This document shows positions 34,433 through 45,581 of a DNA stretch of 64,000 bases, piece by piece. The stretch is from Anthoceros angustus (Eukaryota; Plantae; Anthocerotophyta). Location of the stretch: contig MU008236.1 in assembly GCA_010909165.1 (NCBI GenBank), positions 6,081 to 70,080 on the forward strand, written 5' to 3'. Each line of letters starts with the position of its first letter. Positions within the stretch are counted from its first letter, which is position 1. Made by a program: the position numbers and the translations under genes. The notes under the pieces were generated by a model, which saw only the letters and a list, made by a program, of their open reading frames with translations, was not told the DNA's origin and searched no databases.

Positions 34433-37400
34433 ATGCCTAGGAAGCGCAAAACTCCGAAAGACGGTGAAGAGCAGGCACAGGGTCTTCAGGTCACTTCACA
34501 GCCCTCGGCAAATGTGCCACCGAGGGAGGCTGTCGAAATACTTGAGATGGGGCGGATGAATAGGGGGCGATTCGATCTGGGGCCGGTGGCGGTCCAGTAC
34601 AGGGAAGGGCGCACCTCCTTCTAGGTCCCGCTGGAGTGCCTAGCCTGGGATATTACCCGCCGCAGAACTCTCAAGAAGCAGTTTCCATTTCTGGGACAGC
34701 CTGCACTGCTGATCGAGACTTGCTGAAGGCGCCGAAGGCTTTGCAGCCTGTTGCTAAAGCTTCCACTGGACCTCCTTTTGAATCGATGCCTGACTCTGTC
34801 TCTCGCGGAACCCTCAACATCGCCAGCAAGCAGCTTTGTGAATGCTGGGGCTACAGTGCTAGGCGCATGAATGACTTGCGGCTTCAGGAGCGTCAGAAGC
34901 ATCCGCTCCATCTTCGCCCACTCATGTGCAGGCCCCACCTGTGTCCAGCAAGTCACTGAGGTTTCCTTTGCGGCCAGGAAAGGGCCGCTCAGGTATCAAG
35001 TGTGTTGTCAAGGCGAATCATTTCTTTGCGGAGTTGCCTGATAAAGATCTGCACCAGTATGATGTAAGGACGCTTTTTCATGACTCTACTTTGTGTCATC
35101 GAATCTATCGGACCTTCGGAACCCATTTTCTCTGACTGTTCACCTGTCCAGGTTTCGATTACGCCGGAGGTGACATCCCGTGGGGTGAATAGGGCTGTAA
35201 TGAAGGTTCTAGTCAGCACCCACAAGGATTCGGCTCTGGGTCAGCGTTTACCTGTATATGACGGACGGAAAAGCCTTTACACAGCTGGCCCTCTACCATT
35301 CCAATCGAAGGAATTTCACGTGAACCTCCTAGATGAAGAGGATGGTACTAATACTCAAAGGTTTGTATCTATTGGTTGAAGCTCTCTTGTTTCCTTTGTG
35401 CTAGAAGGTTGTCATAGCTTCTATCCTGTCTTTTGCAGAAGGGAGAGGTCGTTTAGGGTTGTGCTGAAGCTCGCAGCCAGGGCAGATCTGCACCATTTAG
35501 GGCAATTCCTGCAAGGTAGACAAGCAGATGCACCACAGGAAGCTTTGCAGGTGCTCGACATAGTTTTGCGAGAACTTCCCACTCATCGGTATGCCTTTTT
35601 CCTGTGATGACGTTAATTCGTTCATCTGCAGCAGTGTTAGGCCCAGTCTAAGCTGCCTCACCCATTTTGTCTGACTGTAGATACTCCCCAGTTGGCCGAT
35701 CATTCTATTCACCACATTTAGGACATCGACAACCTTTGGGAGATGGTCTGGAAAGTTGGCGTGGTTTTATCAAAGCATTCGCCTACTCAGATGGGTTTGT
35801 CTCTCAATATTGGTGAGGAATATCTTCAGCCTTGCTTTTGCGAGTATTTTATATTGTGCCTTCGTCTTGTGAGGCATGCTATCCTTCCCTTCGGTTGTTA
35901 GCTGCAGAGTGAAGGCAACCAGGTGTTAAAATCAACTTTTTGGTGGTGCAGACATGTCGTCTACTGCCTTCATTGAGCCACTGCCTATTACTGATTTCGT
36001 GGCTCAGATTCTGAATCGGGATTTGTCAAGACCTTTGACGGATGCAGACCGGATTAAGGTATCATAGCTCTGCGTGCCAGGTGTTTTAAAGTTTGACCCC
36101 GTCCTTGAAATTCCTCTTCTATATTATTTTAGGAGGACATCATAGTATGCAGTTCTGCCATAGCGCCTACCAGCTTGGGCTGAAGCCTTGGATGGCAGCT
36201 TGTCCTTATCACCCTCATACTGATCTAGCCCATAGCGTCCTGCAGTTGTGCAACTTCATCTGGTCTGCTGGTTGTTACTTTAGTGGTGTCCTCCTGTGTT
36301 TGAGTAGCCTTTTCCATTCTGAGCTGCGGCTGCCCATAGTAGCCTTTTTTATTTCTCGGGGACTTTTAACTCCATGGCTTGGTGGCACCTTCTTTCTTTA
36401 GCCCTGAAGCTTATCTGTTGTGTTACAAGTAGATCTCTCATGCATAGCTAGCATTCTATTGAGTAGCACTTGTTGAATCTGAGCTCATTGTACTATCCAT
36501 GGGGGTGTTGTACTATTATCAAGTCAGGATTTGGGCTCGAACTAAATTTTGTGGGACTACTTGCTTCCTCCAGGTCAAGAAAGCACTTGAGGTATTAAAG
36601 TGGAGGTGACTCATCGGGGGCCAATGCGCCGCAAATACCGTATCTCTGGCATAACAGCTCAGGCAACACATGATTTAAGGTGTGCTTGTATAAGAATGGA
36701 TATGCCCTTTGGAATAGTGAGGACGTGTCTTTGAGTACCCCTGCCTTGTTTGATCTCGCGAAGTTCGTGGTGGCAGGACTGACAGCTTATTTTGTCCAGC
36801 TTTCCAGTAGATGAAGAGGATGGTACTAATACTCAAAGGTTTGTATCTATTGGTTGAAGCTCTCTTGTTTCCTTTGTGCTAGAAGGTTGTCATAGCTTCT
36901 ATCCTGTCTTTTGCAGAAGGGAGAGGTCGTTTAGGGTTGTGCTGAAGCTCGCAGCCAGGGCAGATCTGCACCATTTAGGGCAATTCCTGCAAGGTAGACA
37001 AGCAGATGCACCACAGGAAGCTTTGCAGGTGCTCGACATAGTTTTGCGAGAACTTCCCACTCATCGGTATGCCTTTTCCTGTGATGACGTTAATTCGTTC
37101 ATCTGCAGCAGTGTTAGGCCAGTCTAAGCTGCCTCACCCATTTTGTCTGACTGTAGATACTCCCCAGTTGGCCGATCATTCTATTCACCACATTTAGGAC
37201 ATCGACAACCTTTGGGAGATGGTCTGGAAAGTTGGCGTGGTTTTTATCAAAGCATTCGGCCTACTCAGATGGGTTTGTCTCTCAATATTGGTGAGGAATA
37301 TCTTCAGCCTTGCTTTTGCGAGTATTTTATATTGTGCCTTCGTCTTGTGAGGCATGCTATCCTTCCCTTCGGTTGTTAGCTGCAGAGTGAAGGCAACCAG

Positions 37401-40400
37401 GTGTTAAAATCAACTTTTTGGTGGTGCAGACATGTCGTCTACTGCCTTCATTGAGCCACTGCCTATTACTGATTTCGTGGCTCAGATTCTGAATCGGGAT
37501 TTGTCAAGACCTTTGACGGATGCAGACCGGATTAAGGTATCATAGCTCTGCGTGCCAGGTGTTTTAAAGTTTGACCCCGTCCTTGAAATTCCTCTTCTAT
37601 ATTATTTTAGGGAGGACATCATAGTCGCAGTTCTGCCATAGCGCCTACCAGCTTGGGCTGAAGCCTTGGATGGCAGCTTGTCCTTATCACCCTCATACTG
37701 ATCTAGCCCATAGCGTCCTGCAGTTGTGCAACTTCATCTGGTCTGCTGGTTGTTACTTTCGTGGTGTCCTCCTGTGTTTGAGTAGCCTTTTCCATTCTGA
37801 GCTGCGGCTGCCCATAGTAGCCTTTTATTTTATCGGGGACTTTTAACTCCATGGCTTGGTGGCACCCCTTCTTTCTTTAGCCCTGAAGCTTATCTGTTGT
37901 GTTACAAGTAGATCTCTCATGCGCATAGCTAGCATTCTATTGAGTAGCACTTGTTGAATCTGAGCTCATTGTACTATCCCATGGGGGTGTTGTACTATTA
38001 TCAAGTCAGGATTTGGGCTCGAACTTCTGAAATTTTGTGGGACTACTTGCTTCCTCCAGGTCAAGAAAGCACTTCGAGGTATTAAAGTGGAGGTGACTCA
38101 TCGGGGGCCAATGCGCCGCAAATACCGTATCTCTGGCATAACAGCTCAGGCAACACATGATTTAAGGTGTGCTTGTATAAGAATGGATATGCCCTTTGGA
38201 ATAGTGAGGACGTGTCTTTTGAGTACCCCTGCCTTGTTTGATCTCGCGAAGTTCGTGGTGGCAGGACTGACAGCTTGTTTTGTCCAGCTTTCCAGTAGAT
38301 GAAAGAGGAACTATGAAATCTGTCACCGAGTATTTTAAGGAAACTTACAGCTATATCATTCGACGGCCATCTTTGCCATGTTTGCAAGTGGGAAATCAAC
38401 AGCGTGTGAACTACCTGCCTATGGAGGTACTGCCTTTATCTGTCACATGCTGGAGGTTGGATCGTCAATCAAGACTTGCAGGCTGTGTCCCTGTCCTGAG
38501 CCCCATCATCCTTTGTGTGTTTTCTTGGTGTGTTTGAGTAGGCTGAAATTCTGTTTCTTGTAAAATATTCAGGTTTGTAAGATTGTAGAAGGGCAGCGAT
38601 TTTCCAAACGGTTGAATGAGAGACAAATCACTGCACTATTGAAAGTTACATGTCAGCGGCCAAAGGACAGGGAGATGGACATTGTGCAGGCCTGTCTTAT
38701 CCTCCTAATCATTATATATTGGCTGCTTGCCCTACTGCTTTAGCTTAGGTCTGTGGCCAATGGCTTGTGACATGCACAATTACTTATCTGTATGCAGACA
38801 GTCCATCACAATGCTTATGACAGAGATCCCTATGCCTGTGAATTTGGCATCAAAATAAGTGACAAGCTTGCTTCAGTGGAAGCTCGTATTCTACCCCCTC
38901 CACGGGTCAGTTTCTACTTGTGCCTGGGAATTACACTTGAAAGTGTGAAGTAATGTACCTGATTGTTGTTATTGTACGAGTACAGCTCAAATATCATGAT
39001 ACCGGGCGAGAGAAGGATTGTTTGCCTCAAGTTGGTCAATGGAACATGATGAACAAGGTAACAACAGACTGATTAACAGAGGACTTATCGGGTTTTTTCT
39101 ACTCACTGTTCTTCTGGGAAGTGCAGAAGATGGTGAATGGAGGTGTTGTAAACTTTTGGGCTTGCATCAACTTCTCCCGGAGTGTGCAAGAAAATGTTGC
39201 CCGCGGATTTTGCATCGAGCTTGCACAAATGTGTCTGACTTCTGGCATGGTAAGAACTAGAAGACTGCTCATGCATTTCACTATTTTCACCTGGCTTTGG
39301 GAATACTTGTACGCCTGCATGTTAAATAACTATTGTCATATGTCCGGTGTTTTGATTTGTGGCGTAAGAACATGTGTACAGGCATTCCAGAGTGAACCAG
39401 TTTTGCCAGTTCACATGGCCCGTCCGGATCAAGTAGACGAAGCTTAAAAGCTCTGTATCGGGATGCCCAAATGAAACTAAAAGGCAAAGACCTGGAGCTC
39501 CTTGTGGTCATTCTCCTGACAACAATGGTGCTCTCTGTATTGATTCAGTTGTTGAAGCTCGTTGTATGCCACTGAATTTGAAGGAGGTGGTCTAAGAACC
39601 TTTGAGTACAATGAGATTATCCTGTGAGGGTTTTCTTGGTGTGTTTTGAGTAGGCTGAAATTCTGTTTCTTGTAAAATATTCAGGTTTGTAAGATTGTAG
39701 AAGGGCAGCGATTTTCCAAACGGTTGAATGAGAGACAAATCACTGCACTATTGAAAGTTACATGTCAGCGGCCAAAGGACAGGGAGATGGACATTGTGCA
39801 GGCCTGTCTTATCCTCCTAATCATTATATATTGGCTGCTTGCCCTACTGCTTTAGCTTAGGTCTGTGTGGCCAATGGCTTGTGACATGCACAATTACTTA
39901 TCTGTATGCAGACAGTCCATCACAATGCTTATGACAGAGATCCCTATGCCTGTGAATTTGGCATCAAAATAAGTGACAAGCTTGCTTCAGTGGAAGCTCG
40001 TATTCTACCCCCTCCACGGGTCAGTTTCTACTTGTGCCTGGGAATTACACTTGAAAGTGTGAAGTAATGTACCTGATTGTTGTTATTGTACGAGTACAGC
40101 TCAAATATCATGATACCGGGCGAGAGAAGGATTGTTTGCCTCAAGTTGGTCAATGGAACATGATGAACAAGGTAACAACAGACTGATTAACAGAGGACTT
40201 ATCGGGTTTTTTCTACTCACTGTTCTTCTGGGAAGTGCAGAAGATGGTGAATGGAGGTGTTGTAAACTTTTGGGCTTGCATCAACTTCTCCCGGAGTGTG
40301 CAAGAAAATGTTGCCCGCGGATTTTGCATCGAGCTTGCACAAATGTGTCTGACTTCTGGCATGGTAAGAACTAGAAGACTGCTCATGCATTTCACTATTT

Positions 40401-42876
40401 TCACCTGGCTTTGGGAATACTTGTACGCCTGCATGTTAAATAACTATTGTCATATGTCCGGTGTTTTGATTTGTGGCGTAAGAACATGTGTACAGGCATT
40501 CCAGAGTGAACCAGTTTTGCCAGTTCACATGGCCCGTCCGGATCAAGTAGACCGAAGCTTAAAAGCTCTGTATCGGGATGCCCAAATGAAACTAAAAGGC
40601 AAAGACCTGGAGCTCCTTGTGGTCATTCTCCCTGACAACAATGGTGCTCTCTACGGTATTGATTCAGTTGTTGAAGCTCGTTGTATGCCACTGAATTTGA
40701 AGGAGGTGGTCTAAGAACCTTTGAGTACAATGAGATTATCCTGTGAGGGTTTAAAGTGACTTGTGGATTGTTGACATCTCTCACTGCAGGTGATTTAAAG
40801 AGAATCTGTGAAACAGATCTTGGTGTTATCTCACAGTGTTGCTTGACAAAGCACGTTTTCAAGATGAGCAAGCAGTACCTCGCAAATGTGGCACTAAAAA
40901 TTAATGTGAAGGTAGATATCTGGCTTGCATGATAAATGCTGAATGCCGAAGGTGTCAAGTTGAGCTTGGTGCTTTGCTTGTCTTATTTTGAACGGGTCAG
41001 ATTGATGACCCACTTTTTAACTTCATTGGGTTGTAACTTTTGTTGTAGGTTGGTGGTAGAAACACAGTGTTGGTAGATGCTATTTCAAGGAGGATTCCCT
41101 TAGTGAGCGATATTCCCACTATCATTTTTGGGGCAGATGTTACCCATCCTCATCCTGGAGAAGACTCAAGCCCATCTATTGCAGCTGTCAGTTTGGACCA
41201 TGACATTTCTCTATGTATTGAGGCCCTGGTCGTGCACTTTAAATTCATCCTCAAGCTCTATTGGTCCCTGTGTTTGAAAATCTGCAGGTAGTTGCATCAC
41301 AGGATTGGCCAGAGGTCACAAAGTATGCAGGCTTAGTGTGTGCTCAAGCACACAGGCAAGAGTTGATCCAGGACCTGTTCAAATCTTGGGTTGATCCAAA
41401 GCGGGGCCCATGCTCTGGTGGAATGATCAAGTACTTTCTGAACCAGACGGGGTCCATCTGGAGGTCCTTGATGGACCTGCAAAAGCTTCTCTTGCTATTG
41501 ATGGTTTTCTTCCAGAGCTTGAAAGCACGATACAATCTCCTTCGTTTCCCTTATATTGTGTTGATCTACAGGGAGCTACTTGTTGCCTTCCACCGAGCGA
41601 CAGGACAAAAGCCGCTCAGGATAATATTTTACAGGTGTTTGGTTTGATTCTTTTGTAATTGTGGTAATTGGGTCAATACTGGCTTTTAAGACCTCAATAA
41701 TCTTGTCCTGCAGAGATGGTGTTAGTGAGGGCCAGTTCTACCAGGTTCTTCTTTATGAACTGGATGCCATTCGCAAGGTGAGGATAGTCCTGAATGTTCT
41801 GCTTGGGGCCTCCCCTGATTATTTAATGTCTGACAAATCATGTGTTTTGTCGCATGCAGGCTTGTGCTTCCCTGGAGCAAGGTTATCAACCGCCTGTTAC
41901 TTTTGTTGTGGTCCAAAAGAGGCACCATACCCGTCTGTTTGCCAGTAACCACAACGATCGCAATACAACTGATAAAAGTGGGAACATCCTTCCAGGTTTG
42001 GCTCTCTGGTATCTGATATGCTGGCAGATAGATGTGAGTTTCAGAGCCCGAGGTCTGTGTTGGGAACGCTTGTTAATCTCTTCCATTTGATTTTGATGGG
42101 AGTTGCTTTCTGTTTTACTCAACTGCGCAGGTACAGTCGTGGACTCAAAGATCTGTCATCCTACAGAATTTGACTTTTACCTTTGCAGTCATGCAGGCAT
42201 ACAGGTCGCTGAAATGCAATTTGTCCTTTTGCAAGCTACTTAACCTCGGTGTTCTGAGGTGTGTGATGTTTACACATACGCCTGTTGTTTTCTATTGTCC
42301 GCAGGGAACAAGCAGACCAGCCCACTACCATGTGCTGTGGGATGAAAATAACTTTACTGCAGATAGCATCCAGTCCCTCACTAACAATCTCTGTTACACG
42401 TAAGTTCATCGTAGGGTTACAAGCAAGCACATGGTCATCTTCTGGAAGTGTTTTGACTGTTCAGGTTTAGCAGCGTTCACAGTTTTCAGCAGTGTGTGGG
42501 CTGTATTACAGGTATGCGCGGTGCACTCGATCTGTTTCTATTGGTAGGCGGCTGCAACCCTTGTTGGAACGAATGTGCTCTGCTTCATAGTGCTTGGCTT
42601 GCGTGGTTTTTGATGCTTGCAAGTTGATAATCCTCTATTTGTCCTGCAGTTCCTCCTGCTTACTATGCACACCTGGCAGCTTTCCGGGCACGATTTTACA
42701 TGGAGCCTGAAGCATCAGACAGTGGCTCCGTAACCAGTGGTGTGGGTCCTACTAGTAGCAGGAATCTGGCTACAGGGAGCTCAAGCTCTCGCACCACCCG
42801 GGTGGTTGCTGCTGGTCTAGTACGCCCATTGCCTGCCCTGAAGGATAATGTGAAGAAGGTTATGTTTTATTGCTAG
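34433..42876 (+). CDS. AGO1: Argonaute 1-clade protein (N, PAZ, MID, PIWI), 22 coding exons, with internal duplicated blocks
   Basis: Hand-built exon path: 34433-35063, 35152-35360, 36917-37066, 37157-37290, 37430-37536, 38060-38166, 38288-38426, 38573-38689, 38798-38905, 38986-39057, 39127-39249, 40496-40655, 40790-40911, 41049-41186, 41288-41430, 41572-41634, 41714-41777, 41860-41995, 42131-42204, 42305-42399, 42512-42543, 42650-42876. Splice phases close from exon 2 to the stop. Hallmarks: [116 protein letters not shown] and the C-terminus [17 protein letters not shown]. Exon 1 has indels in this copy that are complemented by the other two copies. Confidence 0.96.
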
Positions 42877-43239
42877 AATGTGTCTCGGGTGATTTCTCAT
42901 GAATTACAGGAAGGGATGACAGCTTTATCTGCTAGGTTGAAGCCTTTGTCAGTCGTCATGGACTTGTGCCCTGGACTTTTTTATGTTGAGTGTTGAAGCA
43001 AGCGTAGCATATCCAAATATGTTTTTTTGACGTTGAGAGACCCTATTCCTAGAAATTTGTTTTGTCATGATCGTGAAATTACGGAAGTCGCCATCCTCCA
43101 ATGCGTCTGCGTCTGTAAAGCACTATTTCTTTAAGGAAGGGCTTTTTCCCAAAAAATTGAAACAATTGCTTGTCATGAAAAAACACCCAAATGCTGGCAA
43201 ACTATGTTCCAAGCGGCATTGTATGATCTTCCTCTCCCC

Positions 43240-43730
43240 TTGCTTCCTCTACTTACGCAGGCGAACCGTGAATCCCCAGTTTCAAGGAGTGCTGCAGCTT
43301 GCCTACAATGGCAAGTTGGCCATGGTTGTGAGTGCCCACCAGGCTAAGATTGCTACTGGGACAGTCGCAGCCACCGTTCAGCCACCATCCGTGGTGAGTC
43401 TGACTGCTGCTGAGAGGGTGGCAGCCACGATTGGGGTCCCGGAGTTCATCCAAACTCCCAAGTACTTCAATTCGGTGGAGGAGTTCATGGCCATCCTTGA
43501 GAAGGCGTTTCCGCTCAAGACTCATGAGAAAATAGCTGAGCTGGCCAGTTTCACTCGCAAGAAGGTGAGGGCTCCGGATGACCTAAATGAGGCTCAGCGC
43601 AAGAAGGCCTTTGGGATGTTGATTGACCAAGGCGGCCGAGAAGTTTCTTACTGGCATTGGAGGGGATCCATTGTTCCACTTTCAACTTGTCACCTCTTTG
43701 GTGGACGGTATGAGACATACACGGAATAGG
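43240..43730 (+). pseudogene. gag-like relic of the same non-autonomous family as 20.3 kb and 29.4 kb
   Basis: NPQFQGVLQLAYNGKLA (43271) resembles NPLFQGALQLAYNAKLA (20401). YFNSVEEFMAILEKAFPLKTHEKIAELASFTRKK and GGDPLFHFQLVTSLVD resemble the 29.4-29.6 kb segment. Confidence 0.65.
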
Positions 43731-44564
43731 TCCATGAAGGCGGAACGGAAATCGCATTTTCAGCGTATGCTTCTCGACACTCCAAGGCCTTCACGCACTA
43801 TCAAAGCATGTTTTCCAGCAAGGGGAACACATCTGGAGGCGAGGGATCAAGGGTTTCCAAGCCCATTCGAGGCCAATCAAGTCGCAGCCATAGCCACCTC
43901 CACAGCGCTGTGCAATCGCTATGGCAACCCGGATCATTTGGCTCGTGAGCTTCTGTGGAAGGTTTGCATTGTTCCCATTGCAACAAGACTAGCCATTTGG
44001 TTACAATCTATTTCCAAAAGCATTCGGAGTGCGGATATCAGCAAGGATAGTCCACACCTTCAGGACTCCACAGCTACTGGCGGTTGAATGCATCGAAGGG
44101 TCGATCGCAGTGGAATGGGGCCAAGGCCAAGGGCGGCTAACGACAAGATTCTGCATTGGAAGCGGCTGGCAGCACTTACACTCGGCCAGGGGAGCCTAGG
44201 CTTGGCAACACCTCCACCTCCAAGCCTAACGGGACAGCCATTTTGGCACCTCGGCTGAGGAGGAGAGGAGGATTACGCTACATGAGGCTTGTCATCCCAG
44301 CATGGACTCCATGCCTGATTCAGTCTTGCCTGCCACATGGGTAGGATGTGACTTGAAGAAGGCGCATTTGGATGTTGCAGCTGGGGATGCTGATCCCCTT
44401 ACTCGGCAACAGAGGGCGAGGGCTGCCATGACTAAAAGGGAAGACGTTGAATTGAAAATAGTGTATAGAGAAATGACATTGTCCAGGCATAAGAAGATTG
44501 TCCAGGAAACGTCGTGTCTGTTCAAGCTAGGCTGGCTTATGCTAACGGATCGTTATTCCTAACA

Positions 44565-45581
44565 CGCCCCCTTAAGCTAGACTATGGATGAGCTATGAAC
44601 CATCAGCTAATGTCATCCCCAATCCACTACAGCAGATTTCGTGCTTGGGCTTCGGCATGGCTTTAGTAAGAACATCAGCCCACTGATCACTCGTAGGAGT
44701 GTAAGCTAAAGATAATTCTCCATTTTCCACCTTCTCACGAAGGAAGTAAAAGCGCATCTCGAGGAGTTTTGACCGATCGTGAGATCTTGAGTTTTGAGAA
44801 AGCGCAATTGTGGATTAATTGTCACACATCAGTCGAACGGGACCATCATGAGGAAAACCAATTTCACGAAGAAGACGACAGAACCACATAGCTTCCTTGG
44901 CAGCGGTAGCAGCAGCTATATACTCAGATTCGGTTGAACTTAGAGCAAATGTGATGCTTTAGGATCGCCAACTCAGCATTTAAAAAAGCAAAACTCAGTA
45001 TCGATTTAGAATCGGGATCCTGTCTAATGCATCACCAAATTACAAAGATTGTAGTGAATGCTTTCCATGGTAACATGCCTCGGCCGAGTAGCGGAGATAT
45101 CTTAATATCCTTTCAGGAGGATCAATGAGTAGGACTAGGGGACATAAAGGCGAGAAGTGTGAGAAGCCGAGAAAGCAATATCGTGGTGAGAGTGCACTTA
45201 GGTCTTTGAATAGAGCCTGTAGCTTGACAATAAGGTTGAGCTTTCATTTCAGCCCTAGCAGCATCGTCTTGAGGTGACATAGCCTTGGTCAACTTCACAC
45301 CAGCTTGTAAAGGAGTATCAATCGGCTTGCAATTCTCCATGTGGAACCTGGTGAGAACATCATCGACATACTTGGCTTGATGGATGGCGATGGTCTATTT
45401 TTCTGCATCATGTTTAACTTGAACACCAAGACAATACTCTAGGATGCCATTGTCAGTCATGTGGAATTCGGAGCTCAGCCCTGACTTGGCATGCTTGAGA
45501 ACCTCTAGATTGTCAGAAAAGATGGCTAGATCATCAACATAAAGAGCTATGATAACAAGACCTAAAGGTGAGCGTCTAACA
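44565..45581 (-). mobile_element. Ty1/Copia RT C-terminus and RNase H with PPT, interrupted at 45581 by another Copia
   Basis: Minus strand reads VIIALYVDDLAIFSDN, ENCKPIDTPL, SSTESEYIA, CDN..TI and LTYTPTSDQWADVLTK. The PPT AAGGGGGCG is followed by TGTTAGG (3' LTR start at 44564, extending leftward). Confidence 0.9.

Larger units (their letters stand above)
30511..40752. repeat. Four overlapping or adjacent tandem duplications across the AGO1 locus (periods ~1360, ~1821, ~1478, ~1111 bp)
   Basis: Junctions at 31871 (AAAGA), 34115 (ATCAAC), 36808 (TAGATGAAGAGGA) and 39630 (GTTT). Copies are near-identical, including introns. Confidence 0.95.

Noticed and set aside
31258-40752. Tandem cluster of several AGO paralogs
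   Set aside because: The copies are partial, near-identical even in introns, and share one 3' half and one stop. This fits one gene with local duplications.
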